From positions 512,001 to 576,000 of the forward strand of contig CBDCRW010000004.1 in the NCBI GenBank assembly GCA_965221125.1: a stretch of DNA of 64,000 nt, given 5' to 3'. The DNA is from Alphaproteobacteria bacterium (GTDB taxonomy: Bacteria; Pseudomonadota; Alphaproteobacteria; UBA828). The notes under the pieces are model-generated. The model was not told the DNA's origin and did not search any database. It saw only the letters and a program-made list of their open reading frames with translations. How positions within the stretch are numbered: the stretch's first letter is position 1; each line of letters begins with the position of its first letter. Shown here in pieces: positions 9,222-19,406 of this stretch. The position numbers and the translations under genes were made by a program.

Positions 9222-11519
9222 TCAGGCGCTGCCCCCGCCGTTATCCATCGCCTCCAGGAGCCTGGGCGGCGACATCGGCAGGTCGGTCATGCGCACGCCG
9301 GTCGCGTTCTCGATCGCGTTGGCGACCGCCGCCATGGGCGGCACGATCGGCGTCTCGCCGACGCCGCGCACGCCGTAGGGGTGGTTCGGGTTGGGCACTT
9401 CGACGATGACCGCGTCGATCATCGGCAGGTCCGAGGCCACGGGCATGCGGTAGTCGAGGAAGCCCGGATTCTCGAGCCGGCCATCCTTGTCGTAGATGTA
9501 CTCCTCGTTGAGCGCCCAGCCGATGCCCTGGGCGGCGCCGCCCTGGATCTGGCCTTCGACGTAGCTCGGATGCACCGCCTTGCCGGCGTCCTGCACGGCG
9601 GTGTAGCGCAGCACGGTGACGCGCCCGGTCTCGCGGTCCACCTCCACGTCGCAGACATGGGTGCCGAAGCCGGGGCCCGCGCCTTGCGCGTTGATGGCCG
9701 CGGTCGCCGCGATGGGGCCGCCGGTCTTGCCGGCCTGGGCCGCGATCTCGGCCATGCTCATGGGCTCGAAGTCGCCGGCGTTGCTGCCCGACGGCTTGGC
9801 GTAGCCGTCCTCCCATTCGACCGCGTCGACCGGGATGTCCCAGATCTTGGCGGCCCGTGCGCGCAGCTCTGCCACGACCTTGCCCGCCGCCTCGATGGCC
9901 GCCATGCCGGTGGCGAAGGTGACGCGGCTGCCGCCGGTGAGGAAGGTGTAGCCGATGGAATCGGTGTCGGCGACCAGCGGGCGCACCCGCTCCGGCGGGA
10001 TGCCGAGGGCTTCCGCCGCCTGCAGCTGGATCGAGGCGCGCGAGCCGCCGATGTCGGGGTTGCCCTCGATCACCGTCGCCGTGCCGTCCTCGTTGACGTT
10101 GATGGTGGCGCAGGATTCGCCGCCGATGTTGAACCAGAAGCCGGTGGCGATGCCGCGGCCCTGGTTGGGGCCGAGCGGTGTCTTGTAGTGCTCGCTGCTG
10201 CGCGCGGCCTCCAGCGTCTCGATGCAGCCGACGGGCCCGAACTTGGGTCCGTAGAGGGCGCGCGTGCCCTCCTTCGCCGCGTTCATCAGGCGGAACTCGG
10301 CAGGCTCGATGCCGAGCTTCTTGGCGAGCTCGTCGACCACCCCTTCGGACGCGAACTCCGAGATCGGCGCGCCCGGCGCGCGGTAGGCGGCGACCTTGGG
10401 CCGGTTCACCACCACGTCGTAGCCCTCGACCTCGGCGTTCTCGATGTCGTAGGGGGCGAAGACGCACATACAGCCCGGCCCGATCGGCGAGCCGGGGAAG
10501 GCGCCGGCCTGATAGGCGAGCCATGCCTTGGCGGCGGTGATCTTGCCGTCCTTGGTGGCGCCCATCTTGATCGTCATGGCGCCGCCGGAGGTCGGCCCGC
10601 TCGCGCGGAAGACTTCTTCCCGCGACATCACCATCTTGACCGGCCGGCCGGCAAGCTGCGACAGCCTGAGCGCGATCGGCTCGAGATAGACCACGGTCTT
10701 GCCGCCGAAGCCGCCGCCGATCTCCGACGGCGTGACGTTGATCTTGCCGATGTCGATGCCGAGCAGGTTGGCGCAGTAGGCGCGCACGGTGAACTGCCCC
10801 TGGGTGCAGCACCAGACCTCGCACTGGCCGTCCTCGCCGGCGCTGGCGACCACGGCGTGGGGCTCGATGTAGCCCTGATGCACGGGCTTGGTGGTGAACG
10901 TGCGCTCGACGATCACGTCGGCCTCGCCGAACCCCTTCTCCAGGTCGCCGGTGGAGAACTCGACCTTCTTGAAGATGTTGGACGGCGTCTCCGGCGTGGG
11001 CTCCACGCCCTCGGTGAACATGTCGTCGTGAAGCACGGGCGCGTCCGGCTTCATCGCCTCGCGCACGTCGATCACGTGCGGCAGCACCTCGTAGTCCACC
11101 TCGATCAGGTCGAGCGCCTGCTTGGCGATGGCCTGAGAGGTCGCCGCCACGGCCGCCACGGCGTGGCCGTCATAGAGCGCCTTCTCCCGCGCCATCACGT
11201 TCTGCGACATGTCGCGGTAGTTGACCGCCACCTCGCCTGCCGGAACCCACTGGTTGGGAATGTCCGGCAGCTCGTCGCGGGTGACGATGGCCTTCACGCT
11301 CGGCAGCGCGCGGGCCTTCGACGTGTCGATGGAGCGGATGCGCGCGTGCGCGTGGGGGCTGCGCAGCACCCGGCCCACCAGCATGCCCGGCAGCGAGATG
11401 TCCGCGCCGAACTTGGCCCGGCCGGTCACCTTGTCGACGCCGTCAGGGCGCCACGGCCGGGTGCCGACGTACTTGAGCGAGCCGTTGCCGTTACCGATCT
11501 CCTGCTTGGCGGTTGCCAT
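9222..11519 (-). CDS. Xanthine dehydrogenase family molybdopterin-binding (large) subunit
   Basis: KVTGRAKF, LRSPHAHARI, GGGFGGK, AYRAPG and RGVGE motifs. Confidence 0.92.
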   Translation of the reverse strand: MATAKQEIGNGNGSLKYVGTRPWRPDGVDKVTGRAKFGADISLPGMLVGRVLRSPHAHARIRSIDTSKARALPSVKAIVTRDELPDIPNQWVPAGEVAVNYRDMSQNVMAREKALYDGHAVAAVAATSQAIAKQALDLIEVDYEVLPHVIDVREAMKPDAPVLHDDMFTEGVEPTPETPSNIFKKVEFSTGDLEKGFGEADVIVERTFTTKPVHQGYIEPHAVVASAGEDGQCEVWCCTQGQFTVRAYCANLLGIDIGKINVTPSEIGGGFGGKTVVYLEPIALRLSQLAGRPVKMVMSREEVFRASGPTSGGAMTIKMGATKDGKITAAKAWLAYQAGAFPGSPIGPGCMCVFAPYDIENAEVEGYDVVVNRPKVAAYRAPGAPISEFASEGVVDELAKKLGIEPAEFRLMNAAKEGTRALYGPKFGPVGCIETLEAARSSEHYKTPLGPNQGRGIATGFWFNIGGESCATINVNEDGTATVIEGNPDIGGSRASIQLQAAEALGIPPERVRPLVADTDSIGYTFLTGGSRVTFATGMAAIEAAGKVVAELRARAAKIWDIPVDAVEWEDGYAKPSGSNAGDFEPMSMAEIAAQAGKTGGPIAATAAINAQGAGPGFGTHVCDVEVDRETGRVTVLRYTAVQDAGKAVHPSYVEGQIQGGAAQGIGWALNEEYIYDKDGRLENPGFLDYRMPVASDLPMIDAVIVEVPNPNHPYGVRGVGETPIVPPMAAVANAIENATGVRMTDLPMSPPRLLEAMDNGGGSA

Positions 11520-11522
11520 GGG

Positions 11523-11999
11523 TTATTCTCCTCTCAGCTCGGCCGCCGTCGTCATCACGGCGCGGATGATCTTGTCGTAGCCGGTGCAGCGGCAGAGATT
11601 GCCGGCCAGCCAGTAGCGTGCCTCGGTCTCAGTCGGATTGGGGTTCTCTTCCAGGAGCGCCTTGGCGGCGACCAGGAAGCCCGGCGTGCAGACGCCGCAT
11701 TGCAGCGCCGCGTCCTCCAGGAACTGGCGCTGCAGCGGGTGCAGCGTCTCGCCCTCGGCCATGCCCTCGATGGTGCCGATCTCGCGGCCCTCGGCCTCGG
11801 TGCCGAGCATGAGGCAGGAGCAGACGAGGGTGCCATCCACGGTCACGCTGCAGGCGCCGCAGTCGCCGGTGGCGCAGCCTTCCTTGGTGCCGGTGAGCTC
11901 CAGCTCGTCGCGGAGCACGTCGAGAAGGGTCTGCTCGCCCGAGCAGAGGAACTCCGTCGGCTCGCCGTTGATGCTGGTGGTTACATGATACTTGGCCAT
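11523..11999 (-). CDS. Xanthine dehydrogenase family (2Fe-2S) subunit
   Basis: Start placed at MAKYHV (11999); GTKEGCATGDCGAC, QCGVCTPG and NLCRCTGY motifs. Confidence 0.93.
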   Translation of the reverse strand: MAKYHVTTSINGEPTEFLCSGEQTLLDVLRDELELTGTKEGCATGDCGACSVTVDGTLVCSCLMLGTEAEGREIGTIEGMAEGETLHPLQRQFLEDAALQCGVCTPGFLVAAKALLEENPNPTETEARYWLAGNLCRCTGYDKIIRAVMTTAAELRGE

Positions 12000-12871
12000 C
12001 AGCCGTTGCTCCTCGCTCGCTCGAGGGCGATGAGCGCGGCCCGCCTGGCCAGCACCCCCGCCACCTTGACCCGGTATTCGATGGTTCCGCGCTTGTCGTC
12101 GATGGGGTTGCACGCGGCGCTCGCGGCCGCTGCGAGGTTGGCCAGCGCGTCGTCGTCCACCGTGGTGCCGATCAGCGCCTTCGCGCCGTCCTCCACCAGC
12201 AGCGGGCGGGGCGCGACCGCGCCGAGGCCCAGCCTCGCGTGGGTGCAGACGCCCGCGTCGTCCAACGTGAGCGCGACGCCGGCGCCGACCACGGCGATGT
12301 CCATCTCCGTGCGCGGGATGAAGCGCAGGTAGGCATCGCCCGAGCGGGGCGGCGGCTTCGGCATGACGAAGGAGACCACGATCTCGCCGGCGCCGAGGGA
12401 GAGCTGGCCGGGGCCGGTCACCACGTCCTCCACCGGCACCGAGCGGGTGCCGCCGGGGCCTGCGATCTCGCACACGGCCCCGGCCGCGATCAGCGCGGGC
12501 ACGCTGTCGGCGGCGGGCGAGCCGTTGCAGAGGTTGCCGCCGAGCGAGGCGCGGCCCTGAATCTGGGTCGAGCCGATCAGCTCCAGCGCTTCCACCACGC
12601 CGGGCCATGCGGCCTTCACGGCCTCGTTCTTGCCGAGGGTCGCACCGGAGACGGCGGCACCGACGCGAATCTCGTCGCCGTTGGCCGTCACGTCCATGAG
12701 CGCCGGGATGCGCTTCAGATCGACGATCAGGCCCGGCCGGACGAAGTCCGTCCGCAGCTGCACCAGGAGGTCGGTGCCGCCGGCGAGCGCTTTGGCTTCG
12801 CCGTCGGCGTCAGCGAGAAGCCGGACGGCGTCGTCGACCGTCTCGGGCGCCTCGAATCGTAGGCTGGTCAT
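11999..12871 (-). CDS. Xanthine dehydrogenase family FAD-binding subunit
   Basis: [21 protein letters not shown] and DDKRGT motifs. Confidence 0.92.
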   Translation of the reverse strand: MTSLRFEAPETVDDAVRLLADADGEAKALAGGTDLLVQLRTDFVRPGLIVDLKRIPALMDVTANGDEIRVGAAVSGATLGKNEAVKAAWPGVVEALELIGSTQIQGRASLGGNLCNGSPAADSVPALIAAGAVCEIAGPGGTRSVPVEDVVTGPGQLSLGAGEIVVSFVMPKPPPRSGDAYLRFIPRTEMDIAVVGAGVALTLDDAGVCTHARLGLGAVAPRPLLVEDGAKALIGTTVDDDALANLAAAASAACNPIDDKRGTIEYRVKVAGVLARRAALIALERARSNG

Positions 12872-13049
12872 GTGCGAGGGGTTCCTCCTGTTGGCGCAGC
12901 ACCGTGTTGGCGCCCTCTTTTACCCGAAAAGCCCGGAAGGTTCACAGGGGCAAAATGGCAGGGCATATCGCGGTTACACAAGGCGCGCGCGGCGTGGCAC
13001 TATCCGGGTGCGCGACGCTGCGAGCGCCGGAGGGTGGGAGCCCAGCGCC

Positions 13050-15194
13050 ATGACCGATTCCGCCGACAAGACCGCCGCCGACTGGGAGGCGCTCGCTGCC
13101 CGTGAGCTGAAGGGCAGGGACCCGTCCGGGCTCGCGTGGGAGACGCCGGAAGGCATCACGGTCAAGCCGCTCTATACCGCAGCCGACCTGGAGGCGCTGG
13201 AGGACCAGCCGGGGCTGCCGGGCTTCGCGCCGTACACGCGGGGCGTGCGCGCCACCATGTTCGCCAACCGGCCGTGGACGATCCGCCAGTACGCAGGCTT
13301 CGCCACCGCCGAGGAGTCGAACGCCTTCTACAAGCGGAACCTCGCGGCCGGGCAGAAGGGGCTCTCCGTGGCCTTCGATCTGGCCACGCACCGGGGCTAC
13401 GACAGCGACCATCCGCGCGTGCGCGGCGACGTCGGCAAGGCGGGCGTCGCCATCGACACCGTGGAGGACATGAAGCGCCTCTTCGACGGCATTCCCTTGG
13501 GCGAGGTCAGCGTGTCGATGACCATGAACGGCGCCGTGCTGCCGGTGCTGGCCGCCTACGTCGTGGCGGCCGAGGAGCAGGGTGTCGGGCCGGAGAAGCT
13601 GGCCGGGACCATCCAGAACGACATCCTCAAGGAGTTCATGGTCCGCAACACCTACATCTACCCGCCCGAGCCCAGCATGCGGATCGTGGCCGACATCATC
13701 GCCTATACCGCGCAGAACATGCCGCGCTTCAACTCGATCTCGATCTCCGGCTACCACATGCAGGAGGCCGGCGCGACGCTGGTGCAGGAGCTAGGTTTCA
13801 CGCTGGCCGACGGGCTCGACTACGTGCGCGCGGCGCTCTCGCGCGGGCTCGCCATCGACGATTTCGCGCCCCGGCTCTCGTTCTTCTTCTGCATCGGCAT
13901 GAACTTCTTCATGGAGGTGGCGAAGCTGCGCGCGGCGCGGCTGCTCTGGGCGCGCTTCATGCAGGGTTTTGGGGCGAAGGACCCGCGCTCGCTCATGCTG
14001 CGCACCCACTGCCAGACTTCGGGCGTCTCGCTGGCCGAGCAGGACCCCTACAACAACGTGGTCCGCACCGCCTACGAGGCGATGGCGGCGGTGCTTGGCG
14101 GCACCCAGTCGCTGCACACCAACGCGCTGGACGAGGCGGTGGCGCTGCCCACCGACTTTTCGGCCCGGATCGCGCGCAACACCCAGCTCATCCTGCAGCA
14201 CGAGACCGGCGTGCCCCGGGTGGTGGATCCGCTCGGCGGCTCCTACTACGTAGAGGCGCTCACCGCGTCGCTCGCGCGGGAGGCGTCGGCGCTGATCGAC
14301 GAGGTGGAGGAACTCGGCGGCATGACCAAGGCGGTGGCCGCCGGCATGCCCAAGCTCCGCATCGAGGAGGCCGCCGCGCGCCACCAGGCGCGGCTCGACC
14401 GGGGCGAGGATGTGGTGGTCGGCGTCAACCGCTACCAGACGGATTCGGACGACATGCCGGCTCTTCTGGACGTGGACAACTATGCGGTGCGCGAGGCGCA
14501 GATCGCCCGCATCGCCGAGGTCCGCGCCGGACGGGACGAGGCAGCCTGCCGGGCTGCGCTCGACCGCCTGACGGAAGCCGCGAACGGGGACGGCAACCTG
14601 CTTGCGCTCACGGTGGACGCCATGCGCGCGAGAGCGACGGTGGGCGAGGTCTCCGACGCGCTGGAGGCGGCGTTCACCCGCCACCGGGCGACGGTGCGCA
14701 CGGTCTCCGGCGTCTACGGCGCGGCCTACGCACAGGACGACGCCTTTCAGACCATCCGCCGCGAGACCGCGCTCTTCGCCGAGGCGGAGGGGCGCAGGCC
14801 CCGCATCCTCGTGGTCAAGCTCGGCCAGGACGGGCACGACCGGGGCGCCAAGGTGATCGCGACGGCCTTCGCCGACATCGGCTTCGACGTCGATATCGGC
14901 CCGCTCTTCCAGACGCCGGAGGAGGCCGCCCGCGATGCGCTGGAGAACGACGTGCATGTGGTGGGCGTCTCCAGCCAGGCGGCCGGCCACAAGACGCTGG
15001 TGCCGGAGCTGGTGCAGGCGTTGCGTGAGGCCGGCGCGGGCCACGTGGCGGTGGTGTGCGGCGGCGTGATTCCGCCGCAGGACCACGAGTTCCTGCACGA
15101 TGCCGGCGTCGCCGCCGTCTACGGCCCCGGCACCAACATCCCCGCCGCCGCGCAGGACATCATGGCGCTGATCCGCCGCCCCGAGGCGGCGTAG
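13050..15194 (+). CDS. scpA: Methylmalonyl-CoA mutase
   Basis: [27 protein letters not shown] and B12-binding GQDGHDRG motifs; ATG at 13050 preferred. Confidence 0.96.
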   Translation: MTDSADKTAADWEALAARELKGRDPSGLAWETPEGITVKPLYTAADLEALEDQPGLPGFAPYTRGVRATMFANRPWTIRQYAGFATAEESNAFYKRNLAAGQKGLSVAFDLATHRGYDSDHPRVRGDVGKAGVAIDTVEDMKRLFDGIPLGEVSVSMTMNGAVLPVLAAYVVAAEEQGVGPEKLAGTIQNDILKEFMVRNTYIYPPEPSMRIVADIIAYTAQNMPRFNSISISGYHMQEAGATLVQELGFTLADGLDYVRAALSRGLAIDDFAPRLSFFFCIGMNFFMEVAKLRAARLLWARFMQGFGAKDPRSLMLRTHCQTSGVSLAEQDPYNNVVRTAYEAMAAVLGGTQSLHTNALDEAVALPTDFSARIARNTQLILQHETGVPRVVDPLGGSYYVEALTASLAREASALIDEVEELGGMTKAVAAGMPKLRIEEAAARHQARLDRGEDVVVGVNRYQTDSDDMPALLDVDNYAVREAQIARIAEVRAGRDEAACRAALDRLTEAANGDGNLLALTVDAMRARATVGEVSDALEAAFTRHRATVRTVSGVYGAAYAQDDAFQTIRRETALFAEAEGRRPRILVVKLGQDGHDRGAKVIATAFADIGFDVDIGPLFQTPEEAARDALENDVHVVGVSSQAAGHKTLVPELVQALREAGAGHVAVVCGGVIPPQDHEFLHDAGVAAVYGPGTNIPAAAQDIMALIRRPEAA

Positions 15195-15313
15195 CGCCCC
15201 CACCCCTCTGCGGCGGCATTTGATCCGACCCCGCTTCGTGCTTATGTGAGACGCGCACGTAACGTGCGCCGAGCCCTGCCGCCGGCGGGGCACGCCACCG
15301 GATTCACGGCCCC

Positions 15314-17206
15314 ATGGTTGCTCTCGATCGCGAGGCCCGCGAGCCCGCAAGGGAAGAACGCTCGCACCTGCACACCATCCGCACGCTGCTGCCCTATCTC
15401 TGGCCGCGCGATTCGCTGGAGATGCGGGGCCGCGTGGTGCTCGCGGTCATCCTCCTGGTCGGCGCCAAGGTGGCCAACGTCTACGTGCCCATCCTCTACA
15501 AGGACGCGGTCGACATCCTGTCGGACGGCACGGCGGCGGTCATCGTCGTGCCGGTGGCGATCCTGCTGGCCTATGGTGCGCTCCGGGTGCTCACGGTCGC
15601 CTTCGGGGAGCTCAGGGACGCCGTCTTCGCCAAGGTGGGCGAGCGCGCGATCCGCACCGTGGCGCTGCAGGTCTTCAACCACCTGCACGAGCTTTCGCTC
15701 CGCTACCACATCGAGCGGCGCACCGGCGGGCTCAGCCGCGCCATCGAGCGCGGCGTCAAGGGGATCGAGTTCCTGCTCACCTTCATGCTGTTCAACATCC
15801 TGCCGACCCTGGTGGAGGTCACCATGGTCTGCGGCATCCTCTGGGTCCTCTACGGCATCACCTACGCGGCGGTGACCTTCGTCACCATCGGGCTCTTCAT
15901 CGCCTTCACGCTCACCGTCACCGAGTGGCGCCTGAAGTACCGGCGGCGCATGAACGAGAAGGACAGCGAGGCCAACACCAAGGCCATCGACAGCCTGCTC
16001 AACTACGAGACGGTCAAGTATTTCGGCAACGAGATGCACGAGGCACAGCGCTTCGACGTCTCGCGGCGGCAGTACGAGCGCGCGGCGGTCCAGAGCAAGA
16101 CCAGCCTCTCGCTGATGAACATCGGCCAGGGGTTCATCATCGCCACCGGGCTCACCGGCATCACGATCATGGCCGGCTACGAGGTCGCCGCCGGCACCAT
16201 GACCATCGGCGACTTCGTGCTGGTGAACACCTACCTGCTCCAGCTTTACATCCCGCTCAACTTCCTGGGCTTCGTCTATCGCGAGATCAAGCAGTCGCTC
16301 ACCGACATGGAGGCGATGTTCGTCATCCTCAAGGTGGAGCGCGAGATCGAGGACGCGGCGGACGCGCCGCCGCTCCAGGTGACGGCCGGCGCCATCGAGT
16401 TCGAGGACGTGCGCTTCCGCTACGAGGAACGCCGCGGCATCCTCGACGGCATCTCGTTCAGCGTCCGCCCCGGCACCACCACGGCCATCGTCGGCGCGAG
16501 CGGCGCCGGCAAGTCGACCATCTCGCGCATCCTCTTCCGCTTCTACGATATCGAGTCCGGCAGCGTCAGGATCGACGGCCAGGACGTGCGCAACGTGACG
16601 CAGGAGAGCCTGCGCGCGGCCATCGGCATCGTTCCGCAGGACACGGTGCTCTTCAACGACACGATCCTCTACAACATCGCCTACGGCCGGCCCGACGCGA
16701 GCCGCGAAGAGGTGGAGGAAGCGGCAAGGCTCGCCCGCATCCACGACTTCATCGCTGCGCTGCCCGACGGCTACGAGAGCATGGTGGGCGAACGCGGCCT
16801 CAAGCTCTCCGGCGGCGAGAAGCAGCGGGTGGCGATTGCGCGCACGATCCTCAAGAATCCCCGTATCCTGCTGTTCGACGAGGCCACCTCGGCCCTCGAT
16901 TCGCAGACCGAGAAGGAGATCCAGGCGAGTCTGCGGGAGGTCAGCCGCGACCGCTCCACGCTCATGATCGCGCACCGCCTTTCCACGGTCATCGACGCAG
17001 ATCAGATCCTCGTGCTGGACGCGGGCCGCATCGTCGAGCGCGGCCGCCACGCCGAGCTGCTGGTGCGCGACGGCCGCTACGCCGAGATGTGGTGGCGCCA
17101 GCAGGAGACCGCCGAGCTGCGGGAGGAGCTGGAGCAACGGCTCGCCGACGAGCAAGGGCAGGGCGCAGAGACGACGCCTCAGCCTGACGAGACCACCACG
17201 CCATGA
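15314..17206 (+). CDS. ATM1/ABCB7-type ABC exporter (fused permease and ATPase)
   Basis: RRTGGLSRAIERG, DSLLNYETVKYF, Walker A GASGAGKST and LSGGEKQR motifs. Confidence 0.92.
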   Translation: MVALDREAREPAREERSHLHTIRTLLPYLWPRDSLEMRGRVVLAVILLVGAKVANVYVPILYKDAVDILSDGTAAVIVVPVAILLAYGALRVLTVAFGELRDAVFAKVGERAIRTVALQVFNHLHELSLRYHIERRTGGLSRAIERGVKGIEFLLTFMLFNILPTLVEVTMVCGILWVLYGITYAAVTFVTIGLFIAFTLTVTEWRLKYRRRMNEKDSEANTKAIDSLLNYETVKYFGNEMHEAQRFDVSRRQYERAAVQSKTSLSLMNIGQGFIIATGLTGITIMAGYEVAAGTMTIGDFVLVNTYLLQLYIPLNFLGFVYREIKQSLTDMEAMFVILKVEREIEDAADAPPLQVTAGAIEFEDVRFRYEERRGILDGISFSVRPGTTTAIVGASGAGKSTISRILFRFYDIESGSVRIDGQDVRNVTQESLRAAIGIVPQDTVLFNDTILYNIAYGRPDASREEVEEAARLARIHDFIAALPDGYESMVGERGLKLSGGEKQRVAIARTILKNPRILLFDEATSALDSQTEKEIQASLREVSRDRSTLMIAHRLSTVIDADQILVLDAGRIVERGRHAELLVRDGRYAEMWWRQQETAELREELEQRLADEQGQGAETTPQPDETTTP

Positions 17207-18198
17207 GCACGCGCCGGCAGGGTAAGGACCGGGTGCCGCTGCTCGACGACATCATAGCGGGCGACCGCCGCGCGCTGGCCGCCGCGATCACCCTTGTCGA
17301 ATCGACGCGGGAGGAGGACCACGAGCCGGCCGAGGCGCTGCTCCAAGCGCTGCTGCCGCATGCGGGCAAGGCCGTGCGCCTCGGCATCTCGGGCGCGCCG
17401 GGGGTCGGCAAGTCGACCTTCATCGAGGCCTTCGGCACGCGCGCCATCGCGGCAGGCCGGCGGCTCGCGGTGCTCGCGGTCGACCCGTCCAGCGAGCGCT
17501 CCGGCGGCTCGATCCTCGGCGACAAGACGCGTATGCCGGAGCTTGCGCGGAGCGAGCGCAGCTTCATCCGCGCCACGCCTGCGGGCGGCGCGCTCGGCGG
17601 CGTCGCGCGGCGCACGCGCGATGCGATGATCGCCTGCGAGGCGGCGGGCTTCGACTTCGTGATGGTCGAGACCGTGGGCGTCGGCCAGTCCGAGGCCGCC
17701 GTCGCTGACATGGTGGACCTCTTCATGCTGCTGGTGCAGCCCGGCGCCGGCGACGAGCTGCAGGGCATCAAGCGGGGCGTGATGGAGCGCGCCGACATCG
17801 TCGTCGTCACCAAGGCCGACGGCGCGCTGGCAGCGCCGGCCGCCCACGCCAAGGCGGACTTCGAGGCCGCGCTCTCGCTCCACGCGGGCGAGGGGCCGTG
17901 GACGCCCTGCGTCATCGCGTGCTCGTCCGTGGAGGGGACGGGCCTCGACGAGATCGCGGATGCGGTGGAGCGCCACCGGGCGGCGCTGGACGCAGAAGGC
18001 GCGCTGGAGGCCAGGCGGGCTGCCCAGGCCAGGACCTGGCTCTGGCGTGAGGTCGAGGCGTCGCTGATGGCGCGGCTCCGCGCCGACGGCAGGCTCGCGC
18101 CGACGGTCGAGGCGCTGGAGGCCGAGGTCACGGCCCAGACGCTCACGCCCGCCGCCGCCGCCCGCCGCATCGTCGCCGGCATCCTGAGCCGCGACTGA
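17203..18198 (+). CDS. meaB: Methylmalonyl-CoA mutase-associated GTPase
   Basis: GAPGVGKST, AVDPSS, GDKTRM, ETVGVGQSE and GDELQGIKRG motifs. Confidence 0.93.
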   Translation: MSTRRQGKDRVPLLDDIIAGDRRALAAAITLVESTREEDHEPAEALLQALLPHAGKAVRLGISGAPGVGKSTFIEAFGTRAIAAGRRLAVLAVDPSSERSGGSILGDKTRMPELARSERSFIRATPAGGALGGVARRTRDAMIACEAAGFDFVMVETVGVGQSEAAVADMVDLFMLLVQPGAGDELQGIKRGVMERADIVVVTKADGALAAPAAHAKADFEAALSLHAGEGPWTPCVIACSSVEGTGLDEIADAVERHRAALDAEGALEARRAAQARTWLWREVEASLMARLRADGRLAPTVEALEAEVTAQTLTPAAAARRIVAGILSRD

Positions 18199-18199
18199 C

Positions 18200-18326
18200 T
18201 GTTTCTCGCTCACGGCGGTTGGCGGTTCTGCGATTCCGTGCGCCTGGCGGCGCGACGGCCAACGCCTGCGCGGGCGGGCCGCTGTCGCGGCCTGTCGTGC
18301 GTCCGTGCATGTCGGACGCGGTCTAA
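18200..18326. repeat. Dispersed structured repeat, copy 3 (lacks the left hairpin)
   Basis: TTTCTCGCTCACGGC...GCGATTCCG...CGCCTGCGCGGGCG...CGCGGCCTGTCGTGCGTCCGTGCATGTCGGACGCGGTCTAA; closest to copy 1. Confidence 0.8.
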
Positions 18327-18331
18327 ACGAC

Positions 18332-18361
18332 ACCGGCCCCCGGCTTCCACCGGGGGCCGGT
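18332..18361. terminator. GC-rich hairpin between convergent meaB and SBP genes
   Basis: ACCGGCCCCCGG-cttcca-CCGGGGGCCGGT perfect 12-bp stem; no strong U-tract. Confidence 0.6.
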
Positions 18362-18380
18362 CGCTCTCGTCAGAGAGCGG

Positions 18381-19370
18381 CTACTGGGCGAGGCAGCTGT
18401 CGTGGTTGTCGTTGTTGCAGACGTCGAGGCCCGTGTAGATCGGGTCGTCGACCTGCTTGCCCTCGGCAATGTCCTTCATGATGTGCATGGCCATGTAGCC
18501 CATCTCGAAGGGCCGCTGACCGACGTTGCCGTTGGCGAGGCCTTCGGCCAGCTGCTCCATCTGCATCGGCAGCGTGTCGGCGACGACGATGGTGAGCTCA
18601 CCGGCGTTCATGCGGTCCGTGTAGGGTGCGACGGCCTGACGATAGGCGTTGTCGTACCACTGCGTGAAGGCGCCGGTCGACAGGAACGCGGTGAGATCGG
18701 GATTGGCGGCCAGGATGTCCGTCATGCCGTTCACGGCGACGTTGCCGTCGTCGTTGGTGATGAGCGGACAGCCGGAGATCTCGGTCCAGCCGCCTTCGCC
18801 GGCCAAAGCCGCGCCGGGAGGCGTGCCCGTGTCGGCGCCGGCGAGCGTGTCGCGCGCGCCTTTCAGGCGCTCGTTGTGGTTGGCCGCCGCGGCGCCGCCG
18901 GTCTGCAGGCAGATCGTGCCGCCGTCCGCATGGCGCGCCATGACGAGCTTGGCGAGGTTGACGCCGATGTCGTAGTTGTAGGTGCCCACGTAGGTGGTGC
19001 GGAGACCGGCGTCCTCGGGCAGCAGGTCCGAATCCCAGGTCATCACCGGAATGCCGGCTTCCTGCGCGGCCCTCAGCGCCTTGGCCATCGCCGGCGCGTT
19101 GGACGGCGCCACCGCGATGCCGTCAACACCCTTGGAGATGAGGTCCTGAACGATCTGGATCTGCTCCATTTCGGTGTGCTCGCCAGGGCCGATGTACTCG
19201 CAGGTCACGTCCGCCAGCTCTTCCTGAGCCTTGTAGCAGCCGTCCCGGGCCAGATCGAAAAACGGATTGTTCATCGCCTTCGGCACGAGCGCGAAGGTGT
19301 AGTCCGCCGCCTGGACGATTCCGGGCGCGGCAAACGCCGCAACCACTGCGGCGATCAGAAGCTTCTTCAT
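18381..19370 (-). CDS. Sugar/polyol ABC transporter substrate-binding protein
   Basis: Signal peptide; VPKAMNNPFF, GIPVMTWDSD and VGQRPFEMG motifs. Confidence 0.9.
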   Translation of the reverse strand: MKKLLIAAVVAAFAAPGIVQAADYTFALVPKAMNNPFFDLARDGCYKAQEELADVTCEYIGPGEHTEMEQIQIVQDLISKGVDGIAVAPSNAPAMAKALRAAQEAGIPVMTWDSDLLPEDAGLRTTYVGTYNYDIGVNLAKLVMARHADGGTICLQTGGAAAANHNERLKGARDTLAGADTGTPPGAALAGEGGWTEISGCPLITNDDGNVAVNGMTDILAANPDLTAFLSTGAFTQWYDNAYRQAVAPYTDRMNAGELTIVVADTLPMQMEQLAEGLANGNVGQRPFEMGYMAMHIMKDIAEGKQVDDPIYTGLDVCNNDNHDSCLAQ

Positions 19371-19406
19371 CGACTATCTCCCATCGGTTGAGGTTTGCAG
19401 GCGGTC

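Noticed and set aside
9222-11519. Aerobic CO dehydrogenase (coxMSL)
   Set aside because: Active-site loop AYRAPGA matches neither form I nor form II
8988-12332. Very long antisense or alternate-frame ORFs (also 4287-6287, 38468-40192, 43594-46341)
   Set aside because: Shadow ORFs of real genes in high-GC DNA; Arg/Ala/Gly-rich with no recognisable motifs
12872-13049. Cobalamin riboswitch upstream of scpA
   Set aside because: No B12-box-like sequence seen; short divergent promoter region
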